A stretch of 64,000 bases of DNA from Eubacteriaceae bacterium (GTDB lineage Bacteria > Bacillota > Clostridia > Peptostreptococcales > Anaerovoracaceae): the NCBI GenBank assembly GCA_028727785.1, contig JAQYNQ010000087.1, positions 4,746 to 68,745 of the forward strand, written 5' to 3'. The notes under the pieces were generated by a model that was given only the letters and a program-made list of their open reading frames with translations, made no database searches and was not told the origin of the DNA. The position numbers and the translations under genes are program-made. Below, in pieces: positions 18,843 through 32,001 of this stretch; the stretch's first letter is position 1, and each line of letters starts with the position of its first letter.

Positions 18843-20454
18843 CTTTATTTAAAAGCTCAATTGCACTTTTTCTGGTAGTATCAGTTATATTTTCTCCACC
18901 AAGTAATCTTGCAATTTCATCTACTGCTTCAGAATCTTTTAGCTTGTCAACTCTGGTATAAGTCTTTTCGTTGTTTACTTCTTTGTAGATTCTGTAGTGA
19001 GATTGTCCGCATGCTGCAATCTGTGGAAGATGGGTTATGCATATTATCTGATGATGCTCAGCTATCTCTTTTAGTTTGCGTCCAACAATGCTGGCAGTTA
19101 TACCGCTTATTCCTGCATCTATTTCATCGAAAATCATGGTAGGAATACTGTCATATGTGCCGGTAATATTCTTTATTGCAAGCATAATTCTTGATATTTC
19201 ACCGCCGGATGCAATCTTTGCAAGAGGTTTCAGCGGTTCACCACGATTAGTCGAAATCATAATCTCTATAAGATCATTTCCATTAGGTCCCATAGTCGGA
19301 AGTTCTTTGAAATCAATGGAGAGTTGAGCAGAATCAAAATTTAAATCCTTAAGCTCTTTCTCAATGGATTTTTCCAGTTCGGCAGCACTTCTTTTTCGTG
19401 CTTTTGTAAGAATTTCAGCCTGTTCTTTCAACTTTTCCCTTGCATCTTCTGTTTCAGCGGAAAGCTTGATCTTTAGGGAATCAAAATTATCAATATTGAA
19501 CAGTTCTTCGGAAATACGGTTCATATATGCAAGGATATCGTCAATGGATGGACCGTATTTTCTTTTCAGACCATCGATGGTATTTAATCTTGAAATAGCA
19601 TCATCAAGTTCGTAAGGCGAAAATGTAACCTTATCCTTAATATCTCTTAGGTTCCCTGCAATGTCATCCAGTCTGTAAAAAAGATCGGAGAAGTCTTCTG
19701 ATATAGAATTCAGTTCTTTTGAATACCCGGAAATACTCTGCAGGGAGCTCATAGCCGTACCCAATGCTGATATTAAGCCATTATCACTGTTGTTGAGCAG
19801 CTCATAGGTTCCTTCAACCGCAGAATATATTTTTTCACTGTTCTGCAGGAGGGAAATTTTTTCTTCCAGTTCTTCATCTTCACCGGGTTTTAGATCAGCT
19901 GCAGCTATTTCATCGATTTCAAATCTGTAAAAATCCTTTTTTCGAAGATTCTCCGCCTCAGTCGCCAGAAGGGCAGTAAGCCTGGACTTAACTGAAGTAT
20001 ATTCCTCGTAGCGCTGTAAAAAAACTTCTTTAATTGGGTCTATTTCATCACTGTGAAATCTGTCAACCAGATTAATGTGATTATCGCTGTTCAGCAGAGA
20101 CTGGTTATCATATTGACCGTGAATGTCTGCAAGCTTACGACAGGTAACCAAAAGCTCGCTCAGTGTAACAATCTGACCGTTAAGCCTGCATAGATTCTTG
20201 CCCGCGGAGGAAACCTCTCTTGTTATTACAATTTCCTCACCGTTAAGTTCTCCGGCCAGCTGGACTACAGCTTTATCTGCACCAAAACGTACAAATGCAG
20301 AATCAGCCCTGCTCCCAAGAGCAAGGCTAATCGCTTCAATTACTATAGATTTTCCGCTGCCGGTTTCACCGGTAATAATATTTAAACCATCTTCAAAGTC
20401 AATTTCAGTATTCTCAATAATTGCAAAATTACGGATACTAATATGGTTTATCAT
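18832..20454 (-). CDS. recN: DNA repair protein RecN
   Basis: Motifs IITGETGSGKSI, DIHGQYDNQ, ASGGEISRIMLA, IFDEIDAGISG and ITHLPQIAA. Confidence 0.97.
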   Translation of the reverse strand: MINHISIRNFAIIENTEIDFEDGLNIITGETGSGKSIVIEAISLALGSRADSAFVRFGADKAVVQLAGELNGEEIVITREVSSAGKNLCRLNGQIVTLSELLVTCRKLADIHGQYDNQSLLNSDNHINLVDRFHSDEIDPIKEVFLQRYEEYTSVKSRLTALLATEAENLRKKDFYRFEIDEIAAADLKPGEDEELEEKISLLQNSEKIYSAVEGTYELLNNSDNGLISALGTAMSSLQSISGYSKELNSISEDFSDLFYRLDDIAGNLRDIKDKVTFSPYELDDAISRLNTIDGLKRKYGPSIDDILAYMNRISEELFNIDNFDSLKIKLSAETEDAREKLKEQAEILTKARKRSAAELEKSIEKELKDLNFDSAQLSIDFKELPTMGPNGNDLIEIMISTNRGEPLKPLAKIASGGEISRIMLAIKNITGTYDSIPTMIFDEIDAGISGITASIVGRKLKEIAEHHQIICITHLPQIAACGQSHYRIYKEVNNEKTYTRVDKLKDSEAVDEIARLLGGENITDTTRKSAIELLNKAKG

Positions 20455-20918
20455 AAATTCTTAGACCTCATAATCAACATTTCGTTAAAAATTGATAAAA
20501 TACTTTCCACATTGTCTTCATGATCGACAATAATAAGAAGTGTATTGTCACCTGCAATTGATCCGACAACGTGTGGCAGACCAATGCAATCAATAGCTTC
20601 TCCTGCAGCAGGTCCACAACCTGAAAGTGTCTTGACAACAATCAGATTCTGTGCGGAAGCAAAGGATGTAATCGTCTCTCTGAAAATTTTAACAAATCTG
20701 TCGGAGATAGGTGTGTCCTTGTTTGTACTTACAGCATATTTATATTTTCCTGAACTAGAAAGCGTCTTAATAAGCTGTAACTCTTTGATGTCTCTTGATA
20801 TTGTAGCCTGCGTTACATCGAAACCTTCAGACTTAAGCATTGCAACAAGCTTATCCTGTGTCTCAATGTCATTGTTTGTAATCAGCTCCAGTATCTTGTT
20901 CTGTCTGGAATATCTCAT
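20451..20918 (-). CDS. argR: Arginine repressor
   Basis: Motifs RQNKILELI, TQATISRDIKEL and GSIAGDNT; usual argR-recN order. Confidence 0.95.
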   Translation of the reverse strand: MRYSRQNKILELITNNDIETQDKLVAMLKSEGFDVTQATISRDIKELQLIKTLSSSGKYKYAVSTNKDTPISDRFVKIFRETITSFASAQNLIVVKTLSGCGPAAGEAIDCIGLPHVVGSIAGDNTLLIIVDHEDNVESILSIFNEMLIMRSKNL

Positions 20919-20958
20919 CGCTGTTCTCCTTTTTTACAAATAATCTATACCCGTGAAA

Positions 20959-20988
20959 ATTATATCACATTTTTATAAAAAAATGCAA
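20959..20988 (-). promoter_or_regulatory. sigma-A promoter of argR-recN (TTGCAT-18-TGa-TATAAT on minus strand)
   Basis: Plus-strand ATGCAA 20983-88 and ATTATA 20959-64. Confidence 0.6.
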
Positions 20989-21033
20989 TGTTTTATTCAT
21001 AAAATATACATCTTATTCATAGAACTCAAATAA

Positions 21034-21062
21034 TGGACAAACAGGTGTTCTTGTGTTATACT
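21034..21062 (+). promoter_or_regulatory. sigma-A promoter of ruvC (TGGACA-17-TATACT) with an overlapping LexA/SOS-like box AAAC-AGGT-GTTC (21039-21050)
   Basis: Promoter elements read directly. The box has one mismatch to the Firmicute GAAC-N4-GTTC consensus and lies in the promoter of DNA-repair genes. Confidence 0.65.
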
Positions 21063-21091
21063 AACTCTGTATGCAAATTAAGGAGTTGAAT

Positions 21092-21583
21092 ATGAGAATA
21101 CTAGGAATTGACCCCGGTTATGCTATTTTAGGCTGGGGGGTTTTAGACCTGAAAGGCAATCATTTTTCTGTAGTCGATTACGGAGCAATCACTACAGATT
21201 CAAAGATGGAAATGCCGTTTAGGCTGCAGCATTTATACAGTCAGCTTTGTGCTGTAATAGAAAAATATAAGCCGGAAGTTGCATCTGTTGAAGAACTGTT
21301 CTTCAATAATAATGCAAAAACTGCTATAATGGTTGGTCAGGCCAGAGGTGTAGCAGTGCTCGCCTGTGTCAATGGCGGTCTGGAAGTAAATGAATACACG
21401 CCTCTTCAGATAAAACAGGCCCTTGTCGGTTATGGAAGAGCAGATAAGAAACAGGTACAGGCTATGGTTAAGGCGATTCTGAATCTTTCAGAGGTACCTA
21501 AACCTGACGATACAGCAGATGCAGTAGCAGCAGCTATATGTCATGGACATTCAGCAGGAAATAGAGCGAGGTTGTTAAAATGA
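21092..21583 (+). CDS. ruvC: Holliday junction resolvase RuvC
   Basis: Motifs ILGIDPG, VEELFF, QARGV and PDDTADAVA. An AAGGAG SD supports ATG 21092 rather than 21071. Confidence 0.96.
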   Translation: MRILGIDPGYAILGWGVLDLKGNHFSVVDYGAITTDSKMEMPFRLQHLYSQLCAVIEKYKPEVASVEELFFNNNAKTAIMVGQARGVAVLACVNGGLEVNEYTPLQIKQALVGYGRADKKQVQAMVKAILNLSEVPKPDDTADAVAAAICHGHSAGNRARLLK

Positions 21584-22173
21584 TCAGATGTTTAAAAGGA
21601 ATATTTTATCCTAATATAGATGGAAGTATAATTATAGAAACAGAAACAGGCATAGGATTCAGAGTCTATGTTCCTGCCAATTCTGCTGTTTACAAATACT
21701 CTGAAGGCAGTGAGGTAAAAATATATACTTCAATGATTGTAAGAGAAGATGCCATGAACCTGTACGGATTCTCAGGAAAAGACGAACTGGATCTTTTCGA
21801 ACTTCTTATTACAGTAAACGGAGTCGGAGCAAAGGCAGGAATGTCTATTATGAGCATAATGCCGCCATCAGAGCTTAAGCAGGCTATAGCATCAGGTGAT
21901 GTGAAAGCAATTTCTGCAGCTAATGGAGTCGGAAAGAAAACGGCTGAAAGAATTATTCTTGAGCTGAAAGATAAAGTTGAGGCTTTCAGTGTTTCTAAAG
22001 ATGTGCAGGCAAATGTTTCTGCTGTGTTCAATGATGAAAGAAGTGAGGCTGTAAATGCTTTGATAGCACTTGGATATACAAAGAATGAAGCAGCTGCGGC
22101 AGTAGGCAGTGTTCAGGGAGAATCACTAACCTGCGAGGAATATATAAAAGGTGCACTGAAGAATTTATTTTAG
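21580..22173 (+). CDS. ruvA: Holliday junction DNA helicase subunit RuvA
   Basis: Motifs [14 protein letters not shown] and [17 protein letters not shown]. Confidence 0.96.
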   Translation: MIRCLKGIFYPNIDGSIIIETETGIGFRVYVPANSAVYKYSEGSEVKIYTSMIVREDAMNLYGFSGKDELDLFELLITVNGVGAKAGMSIMSIMPPSELKQAIASGDVKAISAANGVGKKTAERIILELKDKVEAFSVSKDVQANVSAVFNDERSEAVNALIALGYTKNEAAAAVGSVQGESLTCEEYIKGALKNLF

Positions 22174-22185
22174 AGGTTTTGATAT

Positions 22186-23197
22186 ATGTTTGAGGAGAGA
22201 ATAACTCAGTCAGAAGCACTGGCTGCAGAAGAAAAACAGGAGACGACACTTCGACCTCAGTTTCTGGATGACTTTATGGGACAGAAAACGGTAAAAGAGA
22301 ATCTTAAAATATTTATTGAGGCTGCAAAGTTTAGAGGGGAACCTCTTGACCATGTTTTGTTCTATGGGCCTCCGGGACTTGGAAAGACAACTTTAGCAGG
22401 AATAATTGCCAATGAGCTTGGCGTAGACATTAAGATTACTTCAGGTCCGGCTATTGAAAGAGCCGGAGATCTGGCTGCTATTCTGACAAATCTGAATGAA
22501 AACGATGTGCTTTTCATAGACGAAATACACAGACTAAATCGTTCGGTAGAAGAAGTGCTTTATTCAGCTATGGAGGATTATGCACTGGATATTGTAATAG
22601 GAAAGGGACCTTCAGCCAGATCTATCAGACTTGATATTGCAAAGTTCACATTAATTGGGGCAACTACGAGAGCGGGCAGTCTTTCTGCTCCTTTGCGTGA
22701 TCGTTTCGGTATAATAAGCAAGTTTGAGCTTTATGATATAGAGGAACTTTCACATATTATCAGGCGTTCTGCAGGCCTGCTTGGAGTTAAAGTTGATGAA
22801 AAATCCCTGATCGAGATGGCAAGATGCTCCAGAGGTACACCTAGAGTAGCAAACAGGCTGTTAAAGAGAGTCAGAGACTTTTCTCAGGTGAGGGGAAACG
22901 GAGTTATTACGGAAGAAATAACAGCTGAAGCGTTAAAGGCTCTGGGGATTGACAGTCTGGGACTGGAACGTCTGGATAGAGAGGTTTTGTCTGCTATTAT
23001 TCAGAGATTTAACGGCGGACCGGTGGGAATTGACACTATTGCAGCATCAATTGGTGAAGAACGTGTCACTATTGAGGATGCATATGAACCATATTTAATA
23101 CAATCGGGCTTGCTATATCGCACGCAAAAAGGTAGAATGGTATCTCGATTAGGTTACAAGCACCTGGGACTGGAGTATCCGGGAGAAGGAGAAGAAA

Positions 23198-23208
<11 letters not shown>
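22186..23208 (+). CDS. ruvB: Holliday junction helicase RuvB
   Basis: Motifs [27 protein letters not shown] and [12 protein letters not shown]. Confidence 0.98.
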
Positions 23209-26562
<3,354 letters not shown>

Positions 26563-26565
26563 TCA

Positions 26566-28149
26566 GTGTTAACAGTTACAAATGTAAGTATGAACTTTAG
26601 CGGGCAGATTTTATTTAAGGATGTTGATCTAAAGTTTACTCAGGGCAACTGCTATGGTATTATCGGAGCAAACGGTGCGGGAAAATCGACATTTTTGAGA
26701 ATTCTATCAGGAGATTTAGAGCCGACAACCGGTACAGTATCTCTGAAACCGCATACAAGAATGTCTGTGCTTAAGCAGGATCACTTTGCCTTCGATGAGT
26801 TTACTGTGCTTGATACAGTTATTCAGGGAAATGCCAGACTGTATCAGGTTATGCAGGAAAAGAATGCCATATACATGAAGGAAGATTTTTCAGAAGAAGA
26901 CGGTATCAAAGCAGCAGAGCTTGAGGCGGAATTTGCTGAAATGGATGGTTGGGAAGCTGATTCAAATGTAAGCAAGCTGATTCAGGGTCTGGGTCTTCCG
27001 GAAGATATTTTATACAGTCCAATGTCAAGCTTGACAGCCAAGGAAAAGGTAAAGGTGCTTCTTGCACAGGCTTTATTCGGTAATCCGGAAATAGTACTGC
27101 TTGACGAGCCTACTAACCATCTGGATATCAAAGCCATCAACTGGCTGGAGGAATTTCTGATGGAGTATCCGGGAACAGTGCTTGTAGTCTCACATGACAG
27201 ACATTTTTTAAATGCTGTCTGCACAAATATTGTTGACGTAGACTACGGAAAGATCAAGATGTATGTTGGTAACTACGAGTTCTGGTATGAGTCATCTCAG
27301 CTTATGCAGAAGCTGATTTCAAATCAGAAAAAGAGAACAGAAGAAAAAATAAAGGAGCTTCAGACATTTATTCAGAGATTCAGTTCCAACAAATCCAAGG
27401 CAAAGCAGGCAACATCGAGACGCAAGCTTCTTGACAAGCTGACCGTTGAAGAACTTCCGGCGTCCTCACGTCGCTATCCTTTTGTTGGATTTACAATGGA
27501 AAGAGAAGCCGGTAAGGATATTCTTGAAGTAAATGGAATTTCAAAAACAATAGATGGAGTTAAAGTCCTTGATAATGTAACTTTCAGAGTGAACAAAGGC
27601 GACAAAATCGCCTTTGTCGGAGAAAACGAAATAGCAAATACAACTTTGTTTAAGATTCTTATGGGTGAGATGGAACCGGATGAAGGCAGCTATAAATGGG
27701 GAATTACCATTACTACATCATATCTTCCAATTGACAACTCCGATTACTTTAACGGTTCAGAATACAATATGATAGAATGGCTGAGTCAATATACAAAAGA
27801 AACTACAGAAACCTTTATGAGAGGATTCCTTGGAAGAATGCTTTTCTCAGGTGACGACGTTTACAAGAATGTTCAGGTTTTATCCGGAGGTGAAAAGGTA
27901 AGATGCATGCTTTCACGCATGATGCTTTACGGATCAAATGCACTGGTCCTTGACCAGCCGACAAACCATCTTGATCTAGAATCAATTACTGCAGTTAATG
28001 AGGGGCTTATAAACTTTAAAGGAAATGTTATCTTTGCATCCCATGACCATGAGTTCATTCAGACAATTGCTAACCGTATTATGGAAATAAGGCCGGATGG
28101 CACACTTGTTGACAAGCTCTGCACATACGATGAATATATTGAAATGTAA
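26566..28149 (+). CDS. ABC-F family ribosome-associated ATPase (YbiT/YkpA-like)
   Basis: GTG start; two NBDs ([18 protein letters not shown]; [15 protein letters not shown]), a linker and no TM segments. Confidence 0.9.
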   Translation: MLTVTNVSMNFSGQILFKDVDLKFTQGNCYGIIGANGAGKSTFLRILSGDLEPTTGTVSLKPHTRMSVLKQDHFAFDEFTVLDTVIQGNARLYQVMQEKNAIYMKEDFSEEDGIKAAELEAEFAEMDGWEADSNVSKLIQGLGLPEDILYSPMSSLTAKEKVKVLLAQALFGNPEIVLLDEPTNHLDIKAINWLEEFLMEYPGTVLVVSHDRHFLNAVCTNIVDVDYGKIKMYVGNYEFWYESSQLMQKLISNQKKRTEEKIKELQTFIQRFSSNKSKAKQATSRRKLLDKLTVEELPASSRRYPFVGFTMEREAGKDILEVNGISKTIDGVKVLDNVTFRVNKGDKIAFVGENEIANTTLFKILMGEMEPDEGSYKWGITITTSYLPIDNSDYFNGSEYNMIEWLSQYTKETTETFMRGFLGRMLFSGDDVYKNVQVLSGGEKVRCMLSRMMLYGSNALVLDQPTNHLDLESITAVNEGLINFKGNVIFASHDHEFIQTIANRIMEIRPDGTLVDKLCTYDEYIEM

Positions 28150-28160
28150 TTTCAGGAGGC

Positions 28161-28718
28161 ATGAAAATGGATAATGAAAAAATTAAAGAAGGTGTACGAC
28201 TGATTCTGGAGGGAATCGGTGAAGACGTAAACAGAGAAGGACTTCTGGATACTCCTGATCGTATTGCACGTATGTGTGAACAGATTTTTGGCGGGCTGGA
28301 ACAGGATGCTTCAGTTCATTTTGAAAAGAAATTTCACGCAGTAAATAACAATATTGTAATTGAAAAGGATATTATTTTCCATTCCGTGTGCGAGCATCAT
28401 CTGTTACCTTTCTTTGGAAAAGCCCATGTTGCATATATTCCAAATGAAAAAGTTGCAGGATTGAGCAAACTTGCACGTACTGTTGAAGTATTTGCAAGAA
28501 GACCGCAGATTCAGGAAAACATGACTGCACAGATTGCCGAAGCTGTTGAAAAATACCTTGAGCCTAAGGGCGTAATGGTAATGATTGAAGCTGAACACAT
28601 GTGCATGTCAATGAGAGGCGTTCAAAAACCGGGCACAAAAACAGTGACCACAATCACAAAGGGTGCTTTTGCTGAGGATTACAGCCTTCAGCAGACTTTC
28701 ATGCAAATGGTGAAATAG
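28161..28718 (+). CDS. folE: GTP cyclohydrolase I
   Basis: Motifs [27 protein letters not shown] and HMCMSMRG. Confidence 0.96.
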   Translation: MKMDNEKIKEGVRLILEGIGEDVNREGLLDTPDRIARMCEQIFGGLEQDASVHFEKKFHAVNNNIVIEKDIIFHSVCEHHLLPFFGKAHVAYIPNEKVAGLSKLARTVEVFARRPQIQENMTAQIAEAVEKYLEPKGVMVMIEAEHMCMSMRGVQKPGTKTVTTITKGAFAEDYSLQQTFMQMVK

Positions 28719-29192
28719 ATGAATCGCGTTAACAGTGTATGGTGTCATCCTTTATTTCAGGAGAATTATCAAAAGCTGCAGATTGCAGAAAAAAAACGGG
28801 TTTTCTGCTGCCATGGTCTGAATCATTTATTAGATGTGGCAAGATTAATGTATATAAGAAGCCTTGAAGATAATTCCGAGCTGGACAAAGAATTAATATA
28901 CACCACAGCTTTGCTCCATGATATTGGAAGGTTTGTTCAGATAGATAAGGGCATCCCTCATAATGAGGCAGGTGCCGAGCTGGCAGAAAAGATTCTGGCA
29001 GATTGTGGTTATTCAAAGGCGGAGTCTGTTTTGATATGTGAGGCAATAGGAGAACACAGACAGGGAAGTGACAGCATTCTTGGAGGCTATCTTTATGATG
29101 CAGATAAGAAATCAAGATGCTGCTATGCATGTGATGCCTGGGATGAATGCAAATGGCCGGATGAAAAGAAAAATTCTGAAATAAGGGTTTAA
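28719..29192 (+). CDS. HD-domain phosphohydrolase
   Basis: H...ALLHDIGR...H...H...DAD pattern; abuts folE. Confidence 0.85.
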   Translation: MNRVNSVWCHPLFQENYQKLQIAEKKRVFCCHGLNHLLDVARLMYIRSLEDNSELDKELIYTTALLHDIGRFVQIDKGIPHNEAGAELAEKILADCGYSKAESVLICEAIGEHRQGSDSILGGYLYDADKKSRCCYACDAWDECKWPDEKKNSEIRV

Positions 29193-29205
29193 AAAGGATA
29201 GGAAA

Positions 29206-30012
29206 ATGATTATAGGAAACAGAAATTTTGATACGGAAAATAATTGTTATATTATGGGAATTTTAAATGTGACGCCTGATTCATTCTCTGACGGGGGAAG
29301 GTTTAACAGCCTGGATAGGGCACTTTTTCATGTAGAAGAGATGATTAATGAAGGCGTAGATATTATTGATATAGGTGGAGAATCTACCAGACCGGGGCAT
29401 CAGGTCATTACATCTGCAGAGGAAATTGCAAGAGTTGTTCCTGTTATTGAGGGAGTGAAAAACCGATTCGACATTCCTGTTTCAATTGATACTTATAAGG
29501 GAGATGTTACTGAAGCAGCACTTCAGGCAGGTGCAGATCTGGTTAATGATATCTGGGGATTCAAGCACGATTTCCGTGTTGCAGAACTGACTGCCGAATA
29601 TGATGCGGCATGCTGTCTGATGCATAATAGAAATGAGGCTGTATATAATGATTTTCAGAAAGATTTTCTGACTGATATGGAAGAATGTGTTGCCCTTGCA
29701 AGAAAGGCAGGCGTTCCTGATGACAAGATCATTCTTGACCCGGGTGTAGGCTTCGGAAAAACCTATGAAATGAATCTGGAAATTATCAATCATCTTGAGA
29801 TTTTAAATACTCTGGGCTTCCCTGTACTTCTTGGAACATCGAGAAAATCAGTAATAGGTAACACACTGGATTTACCTACTGATCAGAGAGTTGAGGGTAC
29901 TCTTGCAACTACTGTATTCGGTGTAATAAAGGGATGCTCATTTGTTCGTGTGCACGATATTAAAGAGAATCTTCGCACTGTTAAAATGACTAAAGCAATA
30001 TTAAGCAGATAG
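29206..30012 (+). CDS. folP: Dihydropteroate synthase
   Basis: Motifs MGILNVTPDSFSDGG, IGGESTRPG, LDPGVGFGK, LGTSRKS and VRVHD. Confidence 0.97.
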   Translation: MIIGNRNFDTENNCYIMGILNVTPDSFSDGGRFNSLDRALFHVEEMINEGVDIIDIGGESTRPGHQVITSAEEIARVVPVIEGVKNRFDIPVSIDTYKGDVTEAALQAGADLVNDIWGFKHDFRVAELTAEYDAACCLMHNRNEAVYNDFQKDFLTDMEECVALARKAGVPDDKIILDPGVGFGKTYEMNLEIINHLEILNTLGFPVLLGTSRKSVIGNTLDLPTDQRVEGTLATTVFGVIKGCSFVRVHDIKENLRTVKMTKAILSR

Positions 30013-30024
30013 AGTAGGAGTATT

Positions 30025-30837
30025 ATGGATAAGATTACAATTAAGAATCTGGAAGTGTTCGCTAATCACGGAGTATTTCCTGAAGAAAATGTTCTTGGAC
30101 AAAAGTTTGTGATAACTGCTGTAATGTATACTGATACCAGAAAGGCCGGAATGACAGATAATTTGGAGCAGTCTATTCATTACGGGGAGGTCAGTCACTT
30201 TATTAAAAAGCATGTTGAAAGTCATACTTTTATGTTAATCGAACGTGTGGCAGAAACACTTGCAGAAGCACTTTTAATTGAATATCCGTTAATGGAAAAA
30301 ATAGAGATAGAGATTGCCAAGCCATGGGCACCTGTTGGACTGCCTCTTGAAACTGTTTCTGTAGATATCTGTCGGGGATGGCATACAGCATATATTGCAC
30401 TCGGTTCAAATATGGGAGACACAAAAGGGTATCTTGATGATGCGGTTAGAAAGCTGGACAGCCTGGATACATGCCGCGTTGCAAAAGTCGCTGATTATAT
30501 AGAGACTGAACCTTATGGCGGGGTAGAGCAGGACAACTTTCTTAACAGTGCACTGGAGCTTCGCACGTTACTTACTCCGGAAGAACTACTTTATCAGCTT
30601 CATGTCATTGAACAGGAAGCTCATAGAGAACGGCTAGTTCACTGGGGTCCAAGAACCCTTGATCTGGATATTATTCTGTATGATGATATTATCTTTGATA
30701 CTGAGGATTTGCATATTCCACATGTGGAAATGCACAAGAGAAGTTTTGTTCTTGATCCTATGATTCAGCTGGCTCCGTATAAGAGACATCCTGTATTTGG
30801 TAAAACCATGTTAGAGCTTAGGGAAAAGCTTGACTAG
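30025..30837 (+). CDS. folK: Bifunctional dihydroneopterin aldolase / HPPK (FolB-FolK fusion)
   Basis: FolB half: HGVFPEE, HYGEV, LIERVAE, KPWAP. FolK half: IALGSNMG, WGPRTLDLDI. Confidence 0.94.
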   Translation: MDKITIKNLEVFANHGVFPEENVLGQKFVITAVMYTDTRKAGMTDNLEQSIHYGEVSHFIKKHVESHTFMLIERVAETLAEALLIEYPLMEKIEIEIAKPWAPVGLPLETVSVDICRGWHTAYIALGSNMGDTKGYLDDAVRKLDSLDTCRVAKVADYIETEPYGGVEQDNFLNSALELRTLLTPEELLYQLHVIEQEAHRERLVHWGPRTLDLDIILYDDIIFDTEDLHIPHVEMHKRSFVLDPMIQLAPYKRHPVFGKTMLELREKLD

Positions 30838-30909
30838 ATAACTCTACTTCCCGTAGGTACACACATATCTTTAATCATGTTAACATCTTTACGAAGGGAG
30901 ATGAGAATA

Positions 30910-31177
30910 ATGAATCAGTACGTAACAGGAGCTATTATTAAAAAACTTCGTGAAGAAAAAAAGATGACTCAGCTTGAGCTTGCGGGTAAACTGTGTGTCA
31001 GCGAGAAGACTGTATCAAAGTGGGAGAACGGGAAAGGATATCCGGATATTGCCATTTTAGAGGATATTGCGTCTTCTCTATAAACATCGCGAGGAATATG
31101 CTCCGATTGGAGTTTTTATGCTGGGTATGATAGTTGTAATTACAGCTTCTGCAGTTGTTATCGGTGTGTTAGTGTAA
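30910..31177 (+). pseudogene. Truncated XRE-family HTH regulator; a C-terminal TM remnant follows in a shifted frame
   Basis: MNQYVTGAIIKKLREEKKMTQLELAGKLCVSEKTVSKWENGKGYPD stops at 31083. The +1 frame 31085-31177 reads HREEYAPIGVFMLGMIVVITASAVVIGVLV*. Confidence 0.6.
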
Positions 31178-31214
31178 AATCGATAAAAAAGCAGCTTTGC
31201 TGAGAGGAACAGAA

Positions 31215-31793
31215 ATGTCAGATTATAGAAAAGAACTCAGAAAAACAAAAATACATGCAAGAGACAGCTTATCCTCAGAAGAGAGGCAGCAGCTTTCTGC
31301 TTTGATTTCAGAAAGGGTTGCCACCTCGGAACTGTATAAGAAGGCAAAGACGGTACTGATTTATCGTGCTACCAGAGGAGAAGTCAGACTGGAGAATCTT
31401 GAAGAGGCTAAAGAATCAGAAGGTAAGAGACTTGCTTTTCCGTTGTGCATATCTAACAGCGATATGATTGCTCTGCTTCCGGATGGAGATAATGCGTGGG
31501 AGTCAGGGTATTGCGGAATAATGGAGCCTATAAGGGAGAAATCTGTAGAAATACCACCGACGGAAATAGATCTGGTTATCTGTCCATGCACCGTTTTTGA
31601 CGAAAAATGCGGCAGGATGGGTATGGGAGCAGGATTTTATGACCGGTATATCGAAAAGTGCGTTAATGCTGATATAGTTGCTGTTGCATTTGAAGTTCAA
31701 AAGGCTGAATACATACCTATGGAACCATGGGATAAGCCCATGGAGGCAGTCTTCACCGAAGAAGCTGTATACGTGAAAGAAACAACAGAATAA
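31215..31793 (+). CDS. 5-formyltetrahydrofolate cyclo-ligase
   Basis: Motifs KELRK, GEV, IMEP, DLVICP and GRMGMGAGFYDRY; the SD supports ATG 31215. Confidence 0.9.
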   Translation: MSDYRKELRKTKIHARDSLSSEERQQLSALISERVATSELYKKAKTVLIYRATRGEVRLENLEEAKESEGKRLAFPLCISNSDMIALLPDGDNAWESGYCGIMEPIREKSVEIPPTEIDLVICPCTVFDEKCGRMGMGAGFYDRYIEKCVNADIVAVAFEVQKAEYIPMEPWDKPMEAVFTEEAVYVKETTE

Positions 31794-31805
31794 TAATGTT
31801 ATATC

Positions 31806-31840
31806 ACCCTCAGAGTATGGTTATTATATCTGAGGGTTTT
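31806..31840 (+). terminator. Intrinsic terminator
   Basis: ACCCTCAGA...TCTGAGGGT followed by TTT. Confidence 0.7.
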
Positions 31841-31867
31841 ATATTGTACGTCTATATTTTTGCACTC

Positions 31868-31896
31868 TTGAATTTAGCATAAAGCTGAAGTATCAT
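31868..31896 (+). promoter_or_regulatory. sigma-A promoter (TTGAAT-17-TATCAT) of the riboswitch-controlled operon
   Basis: Read directly; predicts a 5' UTR of about 100 nt starting near 31903. Confidence 0.65.
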
Positions 31897-31943
31897 ATAA
31901 AATACGGGTAGCTTTACATTGAAGGCTGTATATGCACCTGTAT

Positions 31944-31994
31944 CAAGCAGTTCGGGTCCGATATCCTGCTTGTAAAATATTAAAACCAAAGGAG
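31944..31994 (+). ncRNA. preQ1 class I riboswitch (translational, abutting the SD); P0-like structure upstream at 31902-31943
   Basis: P1 stem CAAGCAG/CTGCTTG. The loop starts UUCG and ends ...AUC. An A-rich tail TAAAATATTAAAACC runs directly into AAAGGAG. It sits in front of a VUT-family transporter. Confidence 0.82.
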
Positions 31995-32001
31995 AAAGAA
32001 A

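Noticed and set aside
20983-21020. ARG boxes upstream of argR (TTATTCAT twice, 20 bp apart)
   Set aside because: Only half-sites match; the spacing to the partner half does not fit TGAAT-N4-ATTCA. Autoregulation is plausible but not supported well enough.
31902-31943. A second, tandem riboswitch aptamer upstream of the preQ1 element
   Set aside because: It can fold (ATACGGGT/ACCTGTAT enclosing AGCTTT/AAGGCT) but lacks the UUC loop and A-rich tail; it is better read as a P0-type 5' hairpin.
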